DNA of 64,000 bases from Squalus acanthias (lineage: Eukaryota), in the NCBI GenBank assembly GCA_030390025.1, contig CM059431.1, positions 149,608,001 to 149,672,000 on the forward strand, given 5' to 3'. The stretch's first letter is position 1. Each line of letters begins with the position of its first letter. Of this stretch, positions 38,322-51,700 are shown piece by piece. Under the pieces are notes generated by a model, which saw nothing but the letters and a program-made list of their open reading frames with translations, was not told the DNA's origin and ran no database searches. The position numbers and the translations under genes were made by a program.

Positions 38322-40192
38322 TCTCCACGAGGGACCCCTTTTAAAGAGGGAGTCTCACCATCAGCGGTCCCTTTTACAGAGTGAGTCTCATTTTTCAGAG
38401 ATCCCTTTTAAAGAGAGAGTCTCACACTCAGGGACCCGTTTTAAAGAGGGAGTCTCACCATTAGGAACACTTTTAAAGAGGGTGTTTCAGCATCAGGAAC
38501 CCCTTTTAAAGAGGGTGTTTCAGCATCAGGGGGCATTTTTAAAGCCTGTGTCTCGCCATCAGGCTTTCATTTTAAAGATAAAGTCTATCTATCAACGACC
38601 ACTTTTAAAGAGAGAGTGTCACCATCAGGGAGACCTTTTAAAGAGAGAGTCTCAACATCAGGGACCCCTCTTAAAGAAAGAGTCTCAGCATAAGGGACCC
38701 CTTTTAATGAAAGTGTCTCATCATCAGGGAACTCTTTTAAAGAGAGAGTCTCACCATCAGGGAACTCTTTTAAAGAGAGAGTCTCACCATCAGGGAACTC
38801 TTTTAAAGAGAGAGTCTCACCATCAGGGAACTCTTTTAAAGAGAGAGTTTCACCATCAGGGAACCCTTTTAAAGAGGGCGTTTAAGCATCAGGGACCCCG
38901 TTTAAGGAGAGAATCTCACCATCAATGGACCCTATTAAAAATGCAGTCTCACCCTCAGGGTCTCATGTTAAAGAGACAGTTTTTCTATCAGTGACCCCTT
39001 TCAAAGAAAGAGTTCGCAATTAGGGACCCTTTTAAAGAGGGTGCTTCAGCATCTGGGACTCCTAATAAATGGGGAGTCTCACCATCAAGGAACCCTTTTT
39101 CAGGAGGGTTACTCACCATCAGGGACCTCATTTAAACAAGGAGTCTCAACATCACGGACCCCTTTTAAAGCGGGTGTCTCATCAACAGGGAGCACTATTA
39201 AAGAGGGAATCTCATCCTCGGTAACACATTTTTAAGCGAGTTTCTTTCTATCAAGGACCCCTTTTAAAGAGGATGTATTTCTATTAGGGACCCCCTTTAA
39301 AGATAATCTTTATATTAAGCACACCATTTAAAGAAAGATTCTCAACATCAGGGACCCCTTTTAAAGAGGGAGTGTCTCCAGCAGGGAGGCATTTTAAAGA
39401 GGGTGTTTCACCATCAGGGACTACTTTTGAAGAGGGAGTCTCAACATCAGGGACCAGTTTTAAAGAGGGTGAATCAGAATCAAGGACCCTTTTTAAAGAG
39501 AGAATCTCACCATCAGGGGCCCCTTTTAATGAGAGGGTCACTCCACCAGGGATAACTTTTAAAGAGGGTGTCTTTCTTTCCGGGACCCCTTTTAAATAGA
39601 ATCTTCCAACCAGGGACATATTTTAAAGAGAGAGTCTCCCCATTAGGGACCCCTTTTAAAGAGGCAGTCTCATCATCAGGGACTCCTTTTAAAGAGGGTG
39701 TCTCAACATCAGGGAGAACTATTAAAGATCTTGTTTCCTCATCAGTGACCTCTTTTAAAGAGGGAGTCTCAGCATCAGGGACCCCTTTTGAAAAGGGTGT
39801 TTCAGCATCAGGGACTCCTATTAAATGGGGAGTCTCACCATCAGGGCCCCACTTTAAGGAGAATGACTCACCATCAGGGAGCCCTGTTAATCAGGGAGTC
39901 TCCTCATCAGGGACGCCATTTAAAGGGGTAGTCTCACCATCTGGTACCCATTTAAAGAGGAAGTGTCACCATCAGGGGCCACTTTTAAAGAGGGAGTCTC
40001 AACATTAGGGACCCCCTTTAAGAGCGTGTTTCAGCATCAGGGACTCCTATTAATGAGTGTGTCTCACCATCATGGATACCTTTTGAACAGAGAATCTCGC
40101 CATCAGGGACCCCCTTTAAAGAGGGAGTCCCACGATCAGGGACCCCTTTTAAATAGGCAGTCTAACCACCAGGGACCAATTTTAATGAGAGA

Positions 40193-40889
40193 GGGCTGGA
40201 TTTTGATACTGGGGCGGTTTGGGTTCGAGTCATCAGCATTTCGTGTTATCCAGCCGACTGCAATTGGATGTGGGAGATTGATGTAATTTTCACCTAATTG
40301 GGCAATTGAGTTCCAGCATGCGGCAACCCATGAACCAATTAGTGTTTTCAGTCTGAAAGTCGCCCCTGATGATGTCATCATTGCAGGTCAGAGACTGCCT
40401 GGTCTCAGAGATTGCCTGGCATTTGCTGTGAGAGGACATGGATGCAAAATGAGCAGCATCTCAGAGAAAGAGACAGAGAGACAGAGATTTTTCAGCAGCA
40501 TCAGAAGCGACTTTCAGACCTAATAATACTACCTTCATCACATCTCCGTTGTATTAGTGGACCTGCAGCGGATAGTCAGCTATCCACTTGTGCTCCCGCC
40601 AGGTTTCACTGGTGTGTTTCACATCAGGCGTCCTTCGCGTTGGAAAAGGGTTAAACTAGCTAAAGCGTTTCAAAATGGCATTACAGAGCGAATTTAGGGC
40701 TTGTTAAGGGCTTTAATGGCCTCTCCCGCCTCTTGGAGGCGGGAGGGAGTCGGGAACACCGCACACGATTTTATCAAAATTGCGTGGAGGCGGAATGGAG
40801 GTGGTATCAGGTCCACCCGCCAGTTTTCGCAATTTTAACCCCCTACACGCCTCCAATTCAGCATCCACGGCCCGATGAAAATCCAGCCC
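40193..40889. mobile_element. MITE (PIF/Harbinger-like), longer copy, inverted relative to 23610-24112
   Basis: Perfect 12-bp terminal inverted repeats GGGCTGGATTTT / AAAATCCAGCCC and TSD AGA (40190-40192, 40890-40892). Confidence 0.88.
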
Positions 40890-41168
40890 AGAGTCTCCTG
40901 TTGGGGGTGGTGGTTTTGTTGGCCTTTTACAATGGCCTTGACGGTTCGAATCGTCCCACTCCCTCGTTCTGGAGCTTGGAACTATTTGGGGGATGTGATA
41001 GATGTAGGCAGACAATTGTTTGGTGAAGGAACAAATATTTTAGTTTGAAATCGCGCACCACATGAATTAACTGAACAAAACCGCCTACGTAACGGGTACA
41101 GAGGATATGCAGTAAGAGAAAAAATACCAAAACGAAATAAAACCCCCTCCCACCACTTCACTATCTAA

Positions 41169-41703
41169 GGTGGCCTTCAGGACACACGACAACGCAAAAT
41201 CGTCGAGCAGAAACTGATAGCCAAGTTCCGCACCCATGAGGAGAGCCTCAACCGGGATCTGGGTTCATGTGAAGCGACAATGTAACCCCACCTAACGTAG
41301 AGTCATCCAGACTCGAGTGGTCGTTGGCTTGTTTTCTCTACACAGATGCGACCGGACCTGCTGTGATTGCCAGCAAAAAAAGTATTTTGTTTTCCAAACA
41401 GACCCCAGCATCTGCCACATTTTACCCCTTGTGACCCCACCTCATTATCTTTGATGCAATGTTTTCCTGACTGACCTGTTTGGACACCAACCACACCTGT
41501 GATTGCCGTGATCATCTCTCCGCCGAGGTGTGATAAAGGGCAGTTAGAAAGATTAACTGTAATCATCTGGCAGTGTTCTCTGACTATATATGCTGTGCCG
41601 ATATGCATCTCTTCACTTCACCAGACGAAGGAGCAGCGCTCCGAAAGCTTGAGATTTCAAATAAAGCTGTTGGACTATAACCTGGTGTTGTGCGACTTCT
41701 CAC
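41169..41703 (+). mobile_element. PLE 3' fragment (end of GIY-YIG ORF, 3' UTR, pseudo-LTR)
   Basis: GGLQDTRQRKIVEQKLIAKFRTHEESLNRDL matches the end of the 15963-16256 ORF. Pseudo-LTR at 41619-41703. ATCTAA on both sides (41163-41168, 41704-41709). Confidence 0.85.
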
Positions 41704-42719
41704 ATCTAACTAGGTTAGGCTCTGATATTACAGGGACTAGGCTCACCAAAGGACTTCTCCACAGTTTAGACCAGTTACACACTGCTTTCTCTCTCCTCAA
41801 TCTTGTGTTCTCCTTGGCTGGTTGTGGTGTCTTTGGTATTAGAACTGTTCGATGTTTTGATGGTAAACACATTTTTCCTCGAGTCAGCGCTGGACGATGG
41901 TTGATCGTTCAGTGACTCCGAGGCTTCTTGTTGGGTTTTCTTGTTGCGTTGCTGTGACCCCGTGTGGCAAGTTAGATGTTTCAACGCCTGAGTAAAAAAG
42001 CCCAGGGTCCAAGTGCCTTTCCAGCGTGTTCTCATGTACGTTCCTTCTGTTCCGGTGAGTTGCTGCTGCTGCTGCTGCTGCCGGCACTCTCTCCCTTCAG
42101 CCCGTCTGTTCAGCTACTCTTTCGCTACTAGCAAGCCCCCAGTTATACCTGAGAGGCTGCTGAAATTTTGCGCCAAAGCTCGGGTGCACAATTGATTGCA
42201 GATGACTCCCTTTTGTGCGATGTAGGCAGGCTGATCAACTCTGATGCGATCCCTTTATGAGAATTTTGGTGGGCTGATTGAGCATTAGCGTGATACAAGA
42301 TTCCCAAAGGTGTTGATGGGGATTTTGTATGGTGCTGTTAGATTGTAAACAGGTCTTGATACTGTCCATTGTGTGTTTTGCTGATGCCAGGGTTTTTCAG
42401 GACAGCCGTTTTAAGAACCATTAAAATCTGTATTTTTCTGGGTCCCGAGTCAGTGGGCTTTTGTTAGACTGCTAATTTCTCCCTGGGCGACTGCCTCCCA
42501 GGTGGGTTAGCAGCCCTATACGGATTCCCATTTTTGAGTGCAGACCGGCATGTAATATTAAATGTCCAAACTCAATCAATAGGCCCCTTTTTAGTCAAAA
42601 GGCGGCTGATAGTGAGATAGTTCTGTCCACATTTCTCCTCCAAGAGCTCCAACACAGCCCCCATTTAAATTCCAGACACATGTCCAATAAGTAGAGGGTC
42701 CCGGAATTTTGTGAATCCT

Positions 42720-45700
42720 GCACCTCAGTACTGCCCCACCCTCATTACTGCCCCTCAAACAGTGCGCCACTCCCTCAGTACAGCCCCTCCGACAGTGCAG
42801 CACTCCCTCAGTTCTGCCCCTCCGATGGAGCAGCGCTCCCTCAGTACTGACCCCCCGGCACTGCAGCGCTCCCTCAGCACTGACCCTCCGGCACTGCAGC
42901 GCTCCCTCAGCACAGACCCACCGACAGTGCATCGCTCCCTCAGCACTGACCCTCCGACAGTGCAGCGCTCCCTCAGTACTGCCCCTCCAACAGTGCAGCG
43001 CTCCCTCAGTACTGCGCCTCCGACAGTGCAGCGCTCCCTCGGTACTGCCTCTCCGACAGTGCGGTGCCCCCTCAGTACTGCCCCTCCCACAGTGCAGCGT
43101 CCCTTAATACTGCCCGTCCGACAGCGCACGGTTCCCATGGTACTGCCCGTCCGTCATTTAAGCGCTCTCTCAGTACTGCCCCTCCGACAGTGCAGCTCTC
43201 CCTCAGTACTGCAACTCCAACAGTGCGGTGCTCCCTCAGTACTCCCACTCAGCAGTGCAGGTCTACCTCAACACTGACCCTCTGACAGTGCAGCGCTCCC
43301 TCAGTCTGACCCTCTGTCAGTGCAGCACTCCCTCAGTACTGCCCCTCCATCAGTGCAGCTCTCCCTCAGTATTCCCCTCTGAGAGTGCAGTGCTCACTCA
43401 GTACTGCCCCTCCAACAGTGCAGCGATCCCTCAGTACTGACCATCCTAACGCGCAGTGCTCCCTCAGTCTGACTCTCCATCAGTGCAGCGCTCCCTCAAT
43501 ACCTTCCCTCCGAGAGTGCAGTGCTCCCTCATTACCACGACTCCGTCATTGCAGCGCACTCGCAGCACTGCCCCTCCATCAGTGCAGCACTCCATCAGTA
43601 CTGCCCCTCCGACAGAGCAGCGCTCCCTCAGTCCTTCCAGTCCAGAGTGCAGCGCTCCCTCAGTCTGACTCTCCATTAGTTCAGCGCTCCCTTAGTACTG
43701 CCCCTTCGATAGTGCAGCACTCCCTCAGTACTGCTTCTCCGTCAGTGCAGCGCTCCCACATTACTTCCCCTCCAACAGTGCAGCGCTGCCTCAGTACTGC
43801 CCCACCGACAGTGCAGAGCTCCCTTAGTACTGCCCCTCCGACGGTGCAGCGCTCCCTCAGTACTGCCCCTCCGACAGTGCAGATTTCCCTCAGTACTGCC
43901 ACTCCGTCAGTGCAGCACACCCTCAGTACTGACCCTCTGGCAGTGCGCCACTCTCTCAGTACTGCCCATCCAGCAGTGCAGCACTCCCTCAGTTCTGAAC
44001 CTCCGACGGAGCAGCGCTTCCTCAGTACTGCCCCTCCGACAGTGCAGCGCTCCCTCAGCACTGCCCCTCCGACAGTGCAGCGCTCCCTCAGTTCTGCCAC
44101 TCCGACAGTGCAGCGCTCCCTCAGTACTGCCGCTCCAAAAGTGCAGCGTGCACTTAATACTGCCCCTCCAGCAGTGCAACGCTCCCTCAGTACTAACCCT
44201 CCGATAGTACGGCGTCCCGTAATACTGCCCGTCCGACAGTGCAGCGCTCCCTCAGTACTGCCCCTCCAACAGTGCAGCCGTCTCTCAGTACTGCCCCTCC
44301 AACAGTGCGGTGCTCCCTCAGTACTGCCCCTTCCACAGTTCGGCGCTCCCTCAGTACTCCCACTGAGCAGTGCAGCCCTCCCTCAGTACTGCCCCTCCGT
44401 CGGTGCAGCTCTACCTCAGTACTGCCCCTCTGAGAGTTCAGTGCTCCCTCAGTACTGCCCCTCCGATAGTGCAGCGCTCCCTCCGAACTGCCCCTCCGAC
44501 AGTGCAGCACTCCGCAGCACTGCCCCTCCATCAGTGCAGTGCTCCCTCAGTATTTACCCTCCGACAGTGCGGCGCTCCCTCATTTCTTCCAGTCCAACAG
44601 TGCAGCGCTCCCTCAGTCTGACTGTCCATTAGTGCAGCTCTCCCTCAGTAATGCCCCTTCGACAGTGCAGCGCTCCCTCAGTATGGCCCATCCATCAGTG
44701 CAGCACTCCCACATTACTGCCCCTCCAACAGTGCCGCACTCCCTCAGTACTGCCCCTCCGATAGTGCAGTGCTCCCTCAGTACTGACCCTCCGACAGTGC
44801 AGCGCTCCCTCAGTAATGTCCCTCTGACAGTGCGGCCCTCCCTCACTACTGCCCCACCGACAGTGTGGTGCTCCCTCAGTACTGCCACTCTGACAGTGCA
44901 GTGCTCCCTCAGTACTGCCCCTGCGATAGTGCTGCGCTCCCTCAGTACTGCGCCTCCGACAGTGATGCGCTCCCTCGGTACTGCCCATCCGTCAGTGTAG
45001 CGCTCCCTCAGCACTGCACCTCCGACAGTGCAGCGCTCCCTCTTTCCTGCCCCTCCAACAGTGCAGTGCTCCCTCAGTACTGCCCCTCCAACAGTGCAGC
45101 GCTCACTCAGTACTGCCCCTCCGACAGTGCAGCTTTCCCTCAGTACTGCCCCACCGACAGTGCAGCGCTCCCTCAGTACTGCCCCTCCGACAGTGCAGCG
45201 CTCCCTCAGTACTGCCCCTCCGACAGTGCGGCGCTCCGTCGCTACTGCCTCTCCGACAGTGCGGTACTCACTCAGTACTAACCCTTCCACAATGCAGTGT
45301 CCCTTAGTACTGCCCGTCCCACAGTGCAGCGCTCCCTCATACTGCCCCTCCGACTGTGCAGCGCTCCCTCAGTACTGCCCCTCCGACAATGCAGCGCTCC
45401 CTCGGTACTGCCCCTCCGACAGTGCAGCGCTCCCTCAGTACTGCCCCTCTGGCAGTGCGGCGCTCCCTCAGTACTGTCCCTCCAACCGTGCAGCGCTCCC
45501 TCAGTTCTGCATCTCCGACAATGCTTTGCTCCTTCGGTACTGCCCCTCCGACAGTGCAGAGCTCCCGCAGTACAGCCCCTCCGACAGTGCAGCGCTCCCA
45601 GTACTGCCCCTCCAGCAGGGCAGCGCTCCTCAGTACTGCCCCTCCGACAGTGCTGTGCTCCCTCAGTACTGCCCCTCCCACAGTGCAGCGTCCCTTGTTG

Positions 45701-48700
45701 CTGCCCATCCGACAGTGCAGTGCTCCTTTGGTACTGCCCATCCGACAGTTCAGCGCTCCCTCAGTACTGCCCCTCCGACAGTGCAGCGCTCCCTCAGTAC
45801 TGCCCCTCCAACAGTGCGGTGCTCCCTCAGTTCTGTCCCTCCGACAGTGCAGCGTCCCTCAGTACTTCCCGTCCGAAAGTGCGGCTCTCCCTCAGTACTG
45901 CCACTCTGACAGTGCGGTGATCCATCGGAACTGCCCGTCCGACAGTGCACAGCTCCTTCAGTCTGACCCTCTGTCAGTGCAGCGCTCCCTCTGTACTGCC
46001 CCTGCGTCAGTGCAGTGCTCCCTCAGTTCTGCACCTCTGAGACTGCAGTGCTCCCTTAGTACTGCCCCTCCAACAGTGCAGCGATCCCTCAGTACTGACC
46101 AACCCACCGTGCAGTGCTCCCTCAGTCTGACTCTCCATCAGTGCAGCGCTCCCTCAATAGCTTCCCTCCGAGAGTGCAGTGCTCACTCATTACCACGACT
46201 CCATCATTGCAGCACACCCTCAGCACGCCCCCACCATCAGTGCACGCTCCCTCAGTACTGCCCCTCCGACAGTGCGGCACTCCCTCAGTACTGCACGTCC
46301 AACAGTGCAGCGCTCCCTCAGTCTGACTCTGCATTAGTGCAGCGCTCCCTCAGTACTGCCCTTTCGACAGTGCAGCGCTCCCACAGTACTGCCCCTCCAA
46401 CATTGCTGCGCTCCCTCATTACTGCCCCTCCAACAGTTCAGCGCTCCCTCAGTACTACTCCTCCGAAAGTGCAGCGCACCCTCAATACTGTACCTCCGAC
46501 AATGCAGAGCTCCCTCAGTACTGCACCTCCGACAGTGCAGCGCTCCCTCAGTACTACCCTCCGACAGTGCAGAGGTCCCTTAGTACTGCCATACCGACAG
46601 TGCAGCGCTCCCTCAGTACTACCCCTCCAGCAGTGCGGCGCTACCTCAGTACTGCCCCTCCGATAGTGCAGCTCCCCCTCATTACTGCACCTCCGACAGT
46701 GCAGTGATCCATCGGTACTGCCCCTCCAACAGTGCAGAGCTCCCTCAGTACTGCCCCTCCCATACTGCAGCGCTCCCTCAGTACTGACCCTCCAGCTGGA
46801 CAGCGCTCCCTCAGTACTGCCCGTCCGACAGTGCTGTGCTCCCTCAGTACTACCCCTCCCACAGTGCAGCGCCCCTTAGCACTGCCCGTCCGACAGTGCA
46901 GCGCTCCATCGGCACTGGCCTTCCGACAGTTCAGCGCTCCCTCAGTACTGCCCCTTCCACAGTGCAGCGCCCCTCAGTACTGCCCGTCCGACAGAGCGGC
47001 GATCCCTCATCACTCCCACTCCGACAGTGCAGCGCTCCCTCAGTACTGACCCTCTGACAGTGCAGCGATCCCTCAGTACTGACCTTCCCACCGTGCACTG
47101 CTCCCTCAATCTGACTCTCCATCAGTGCAGCGCTCCCTCAATAACTTCCCTCCGAGAGTGCAGTGCTCACTCATTACCCCGACTCCATCATTGCAGCACA
47201 CCCTCAGCACGCCCCCTCCATCAGTGCACGCTCCCTCAGTACTGCCCCTCCGACAGTGCGGCGGTCCCTCAGTACTGCACGTCCAACAGTGCAGCGCTCC
47301 CTCAGTCTGACTCTGCATTAGTGCAGCGCTCCCACAGTACTGCCCCTCCGTCAGTGCTGTGCTCCCTCATTACTGCCCCTCCGACAGTTCAGCGCTCCCT
47401 CAGTACTGCTCCTCCGACAGTGCAGCGCACCCTCAATACTGTCCCTCCGACAATGCAGAGCTCCCTCAGTACTGCACCTCCGACAGTGCAGCGCTCCATC
47501 AGTACTACCCTCCGAAAGTGCAGAGGTCCCTCAGTACTGCCATACCGACAGTGCAGCGCTCCCTCAGTACTAACCCTCCAGCAATGCGGCGCTCACTCAG
47601 TACTGCCCCTCCGACAGTGCAGCTCCCAAGCAGTACTGCCCCTCCGACAGTGCAGAGCTCCCTCAGTACTGCCCCTCCCATAGTGCAGCGCTCCCTCAGT
47701 ACTGCCCCTCCAGCAGGGCAGCGCTCCCTCAGTTCTGCCCGCCCGACAGTGCTGTGCTCCCTCAGTACTGCCCCTCGCACAGTGCTGCCCCCCTTAGTAC
47801 TGCCCGTCCGACAGTGCAGCGCTCCATCGGTACTGGCCTTCCGACAGTTCAGCCCTCCCTCAATACTGCCCCTTCCACAGTGCAGCGCCCCTCAGAACTG
47901 CCCGTCCGACAGTGCGGCGCTCACTCATCGCTCCCACTCCGACAGTGCAGCGCTCCCTCAGTACTGACTCTCTGACAGTGCAGCGCTCCCTCAGTCTGAC
48001 CCTCTGGCAGTGCAGCGCTCCCTCAGTACTGCCCCTCCATCAGTGCAGTGCTCCCTCAGTTCTGCGCCTCTGAGCCTGCAGTACTCCCTCAGTCTGACTC
48101 TCCATCGGTGCGACTCTCCATCAGTGCAGCGCTCCATCAATAACTTCCCTCCGAGAGTGCAGTGCTCACTCATTACCACAACTCCATCATTGCAGCGCAC
48201 CCTCAGCACTCCCCCTCCATCAGTGCACGCTCCCTCAGTTCTGCCCCTCTGAGAGTGCGGCGCTCCCTCAGTACTGCCCGTCCAACAGTGCAGCGCTCCC
48301 TCAATCTGACTCTGCATTAGTGCAGCGCTCCCTCGGTACTGCCCATCGACAGTGTCGCGCTCCCACTGTACTGCCTCTCCGTCAGTGCTGCGCTCCCTCA
48401 TTACTGCCACTCCGACAGTTCAGCGCTCCCACAGTACTGCCCCTCCTACAGTGCAGAGCTCCATCAGTACTGCCCCTCCGGCAGTACAGAGCTCCTTCAT
48501 TACTGCCCATCCGACAGTGCAGCGCTCACTAAGTACTGCCCCTCCGACAGTGCAGTTTTCCTTCTGTAGTGCCCATCCGTCAGTGCAGCACTCCCTCAGT
48601 ACTGACCCAGTGACAGTGCGGCCCACCCTCAGGAATGCCCCTCCGACAGTTCGGCGCTCCTTCAGTACTGCCTCTCTGACAGTGCAGTGCTCCCTCAGTA

Positions 48701-51700
48701 CTGCCGCTCCGACAATGCAGCGCTCCCCCAGTACTGCCCCTCCGACAGTGCGGCGCTCCCTCGGTACTCCCCCTCCGACAGTGCAGCACTCCCTCAGCAC
48801 TGCCCCTCCTACAGCGCAGCGCTCCCCCAGCACTGCCCGTCCGACAGTTCAGCACTCCCTCGCTACTGCCCCGTAAACAGTGCAGCACACCTTCATTTTT
48901 GCCCCTCCAACAGTTCAGCGCTCCCTCAGTACTGCCCCTCTGACAAGGCAGCGCTGCCTCAGTACTGCCCCTCCGAAGTGCGGCGCTCCATCGGTACTGC
49001 CCCTCAGACAGTGCAGAGCTCCCTTAGTACTGCCCCGCCGACAGTGCAGCGCTCCCACAGTACTGCTCTTCCAGTTGTGCAGCGCTCCCTCAACACTGTC
49101 CCTCTGACAGTGCGGCGCTCCCTCCGTACTGCCTCTTCGACAGTGCGGGGCTCACTTAGTAACGCCGCTCCCACAGTGCAGCATCCCTTAGTACTGCCCG
49201 TCCCACAGTGCAGCGCTCCCTCGGTACTGCGCTTCCGACAGTTCAGCGCTCCCTCAGTACTGCCACTCCGACAGTACAACGCTTCCTCAGTACTGCCCCT
49301 CCGACAGTGCAGCGCTCCCTCAATACTGATCCCCCAACAGTGCACCGCTCCCTCAGTACTGCCCCTCCAACAGTGCAGCGCTCCCTTAGTAATGCCCATC
49401 CAACAGTGCAGCGCTCTCTGAGTACTGCCCCTCCGACAATGCGGTGCTCCATCGGTACTGCCTCACCGACAGGGCAGAGCTCCCTCATTACTGCCCCTCC
49501 GAAAGTGCGGTACTCCGTCAGTACTGCCCCTCCCAAAGTGCAGCGTCCCTTAGTACTGCCCGTCCAAAAGTGCAGCGCTCAAACGGGACTGCCCTTCCGA
49601 AAGTTCAGAGCTCCCTCGGTACTGCCCCTCCAATAGTGTGCGCTCCCTCAGTACTGCCCCTCCAACAGTGCATTCTCCCTCTGTACTTCCCCTCCGACAG
49701 TGCAGCGCTACCCTCAGTACTGTCCCTCCGACAGTGCGGTGTTTCTTCGGTACTGCCCCTCCCATAGTGCAGCGCACCCTCAGCACTCCCCCTCCATCAG
49801 TGCACGCTCCCTCAGTTCTGCCCCTCTGAGAGTGCGGCGCTCCCTCAGTACTGCCCGTCCAACAGTGCAGCGCTCCCTCAATCTGACTCTGCATTAGTGC
49901 AGCGCTCCCTCGGTACTGCCCATCGACAGTGTCGCGCTCCCACTGTACTGCCTCTCCGTCAGTGCTGCGCTCCCTCATTACTGCCACTTCGACAGTTCAG
50001 CGCTCCCACAGTACTGCCCCTCCTACAGTGCAGAGCTCCCTCAGTACTGCCCCTCCGGCAGTACAGAGCTCCTTCATTACTGCCCATCCGACAGTGCAGC
50101 GCTCACTAAGTACTGCCCCTCCGACAGTGCAGTTTTCCCTCTGTAGTGCCCATCCGTCAGTGCAGCACTCCCTCAGTACTGACCCAGTGACAGTGCGGCC
50201 CACCCTCAGGAATGCCCCTCCGACAGTTCGGCGCTCCTTCAGTACTGCCTCTCTGACAGTGCAGTGCTCCCTCAGTACTGCCGCTCCGACAATGCAGCGC
50301 TCCCCCAGTACTGCCCCTCCGACAGTGCGGCGCTCCCTCGGTACTCCCCCTCCGACAGTGCAGCACTCCCTCAGCACTGCCCCTCCTACAGCGCAGCGCT
50401 CCCCCAGCACTGCCCGTCCGACAGTTCAGCACTCCCTCGCTACTGCCCCGTAAACAGTGCAGCACACCTTCATTTTTGCCCCTCCAACAGTTCAGCGCTC
50501 CCTCAGTACTGCCCCTCTGACAAGGCAGCGCTGCCTCAGTACTGCCCCTCCGAAGTGCGGCGCTCCATCGGTACTGCCCCTCAGACAGTGCAGAGCTCCC
50601 TTAGTACTGCCCCGCCGACAGTGCAGCGCTCCCACAGTACTGCTCTTCCAGTTGTGCAGCGCTCCCTCAACACTGTCCCTCTGACAGTGCGGCGCTCCCT
50701 CCGTACTGCCTCTTCGACAGTGCGGGGCTCACTTAGTAACGCCGCTCCCACAGTGCAGCATCCCTTAGTACTGCCCGTCCCACAGTGCAGCGCTCCCTCG
50801 GTACTGCGCTTCCGACAGTTCAGCGCTCCCTCAGTACTGCCACTCCGACAGTACAACGCTTCCTCAGTACTGCCCCTCCGACAGTGCAGCGCTCCCTCAG
50901 TACTGATCCCCCAACAGTGCACCGCTCCCTCAGTACTGCCCCTCCAACAGTGCAGCGCTCCCTTAGTAATGCCCATCCGACAGTGCAGCGCTCTCTGAGT
51001 ACTGCCCCTCCGACAATGCGGTGCTCCATCGGTACTGCCTCACCGACAGGGCAGAGCTCCCTCATTACTGCCCCTCCGAAAGTGCGGTACTCCGTCAGTA
51101 CTGCCCCTCCCAAAGTGCAGCGTCCCTTAGTACTGCCCGTCCAAAAGTGCAGCGCTCAAACGGGACTGCCCTTCCGAAAGTTCAGAGCTCCCTCGGTACT
51201 GCCCCTCCAATAGTGTGCGCTCCCTCAGTACTGCCCCTCCAACAGTGCATTCTCCCTCTGTACTTCCCCTCCGACAGTGCAGCGCTACCCTCAGTACTGT
51301 CCCTCCGACAGTGCGGTGTTTCTTCGGTACTGCCCCTCCCATAGTGCAGAGCTCCCTCAGTCCTGCCCCTCCGACAATGCAGTGCTCCCACATTACTGCC
51401 CCTGCAACAGGAAAAAGATCCCTCAGTACTGACCCTCCTACCGTGCAATGCTCCCTCAATCTGACTCTCCATCAGTGCAGCGCTCCCTCAATACCTTCCC
51501 TCCGAGAGTGCACTGCTCCCTCATTACCGCCACACTTTCATTGCAGTGCAGCCGCAACACTGTCCCTCCATCAGTGCAGCGCTCCCTCATTACCGCCCCT
51601 CCGACAGTGCGGCGCTCCATCAGTACTGCCCGTCCAACAGTGCAGCGCTCCCTCAGTCTGACTCTCTATTAATGCAGCGCTCCCTCAGTACTGTCCCTTC

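Larger units (their letters stand above)
11003..40898. repeat. Satellite B: 33-bp unit AGGGACCCCTTTTAAAGAGGGAGTCTCACCATC, in blocks ~11003-15633, 22341-23609, 24113-25418, 26843-30856 and 38322-40192 separated by insertions
   Basis: Unit read directly from the sequence. It has an 11-codon period (HHQGPLLKRES) in the ORF track and the same orientation in all blocks. Confidence 0.95.

Noticed and set aside
38099..38344. Accessory gene in the ERV U3 region
   Set aside because: The ORF is short, antisense to the provirus, runs into satellite and has no recognisable motif.
11036..40286. His-rich (HHQGPLLKRES)n and (SGTPFKEGVS)n ORFs as zinc-finger or repeat proteins
   Set aside because: They are translations of satellite B with frequent indels, no Cys pairs and no preferred frame.
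11003..40898. CRISPR-like array (33-bp partly palindromic repeat)
   Set aside because: Units are head-to-tail with no unique spacers, there are no cas genes, and the context is vertebrate retroelements.
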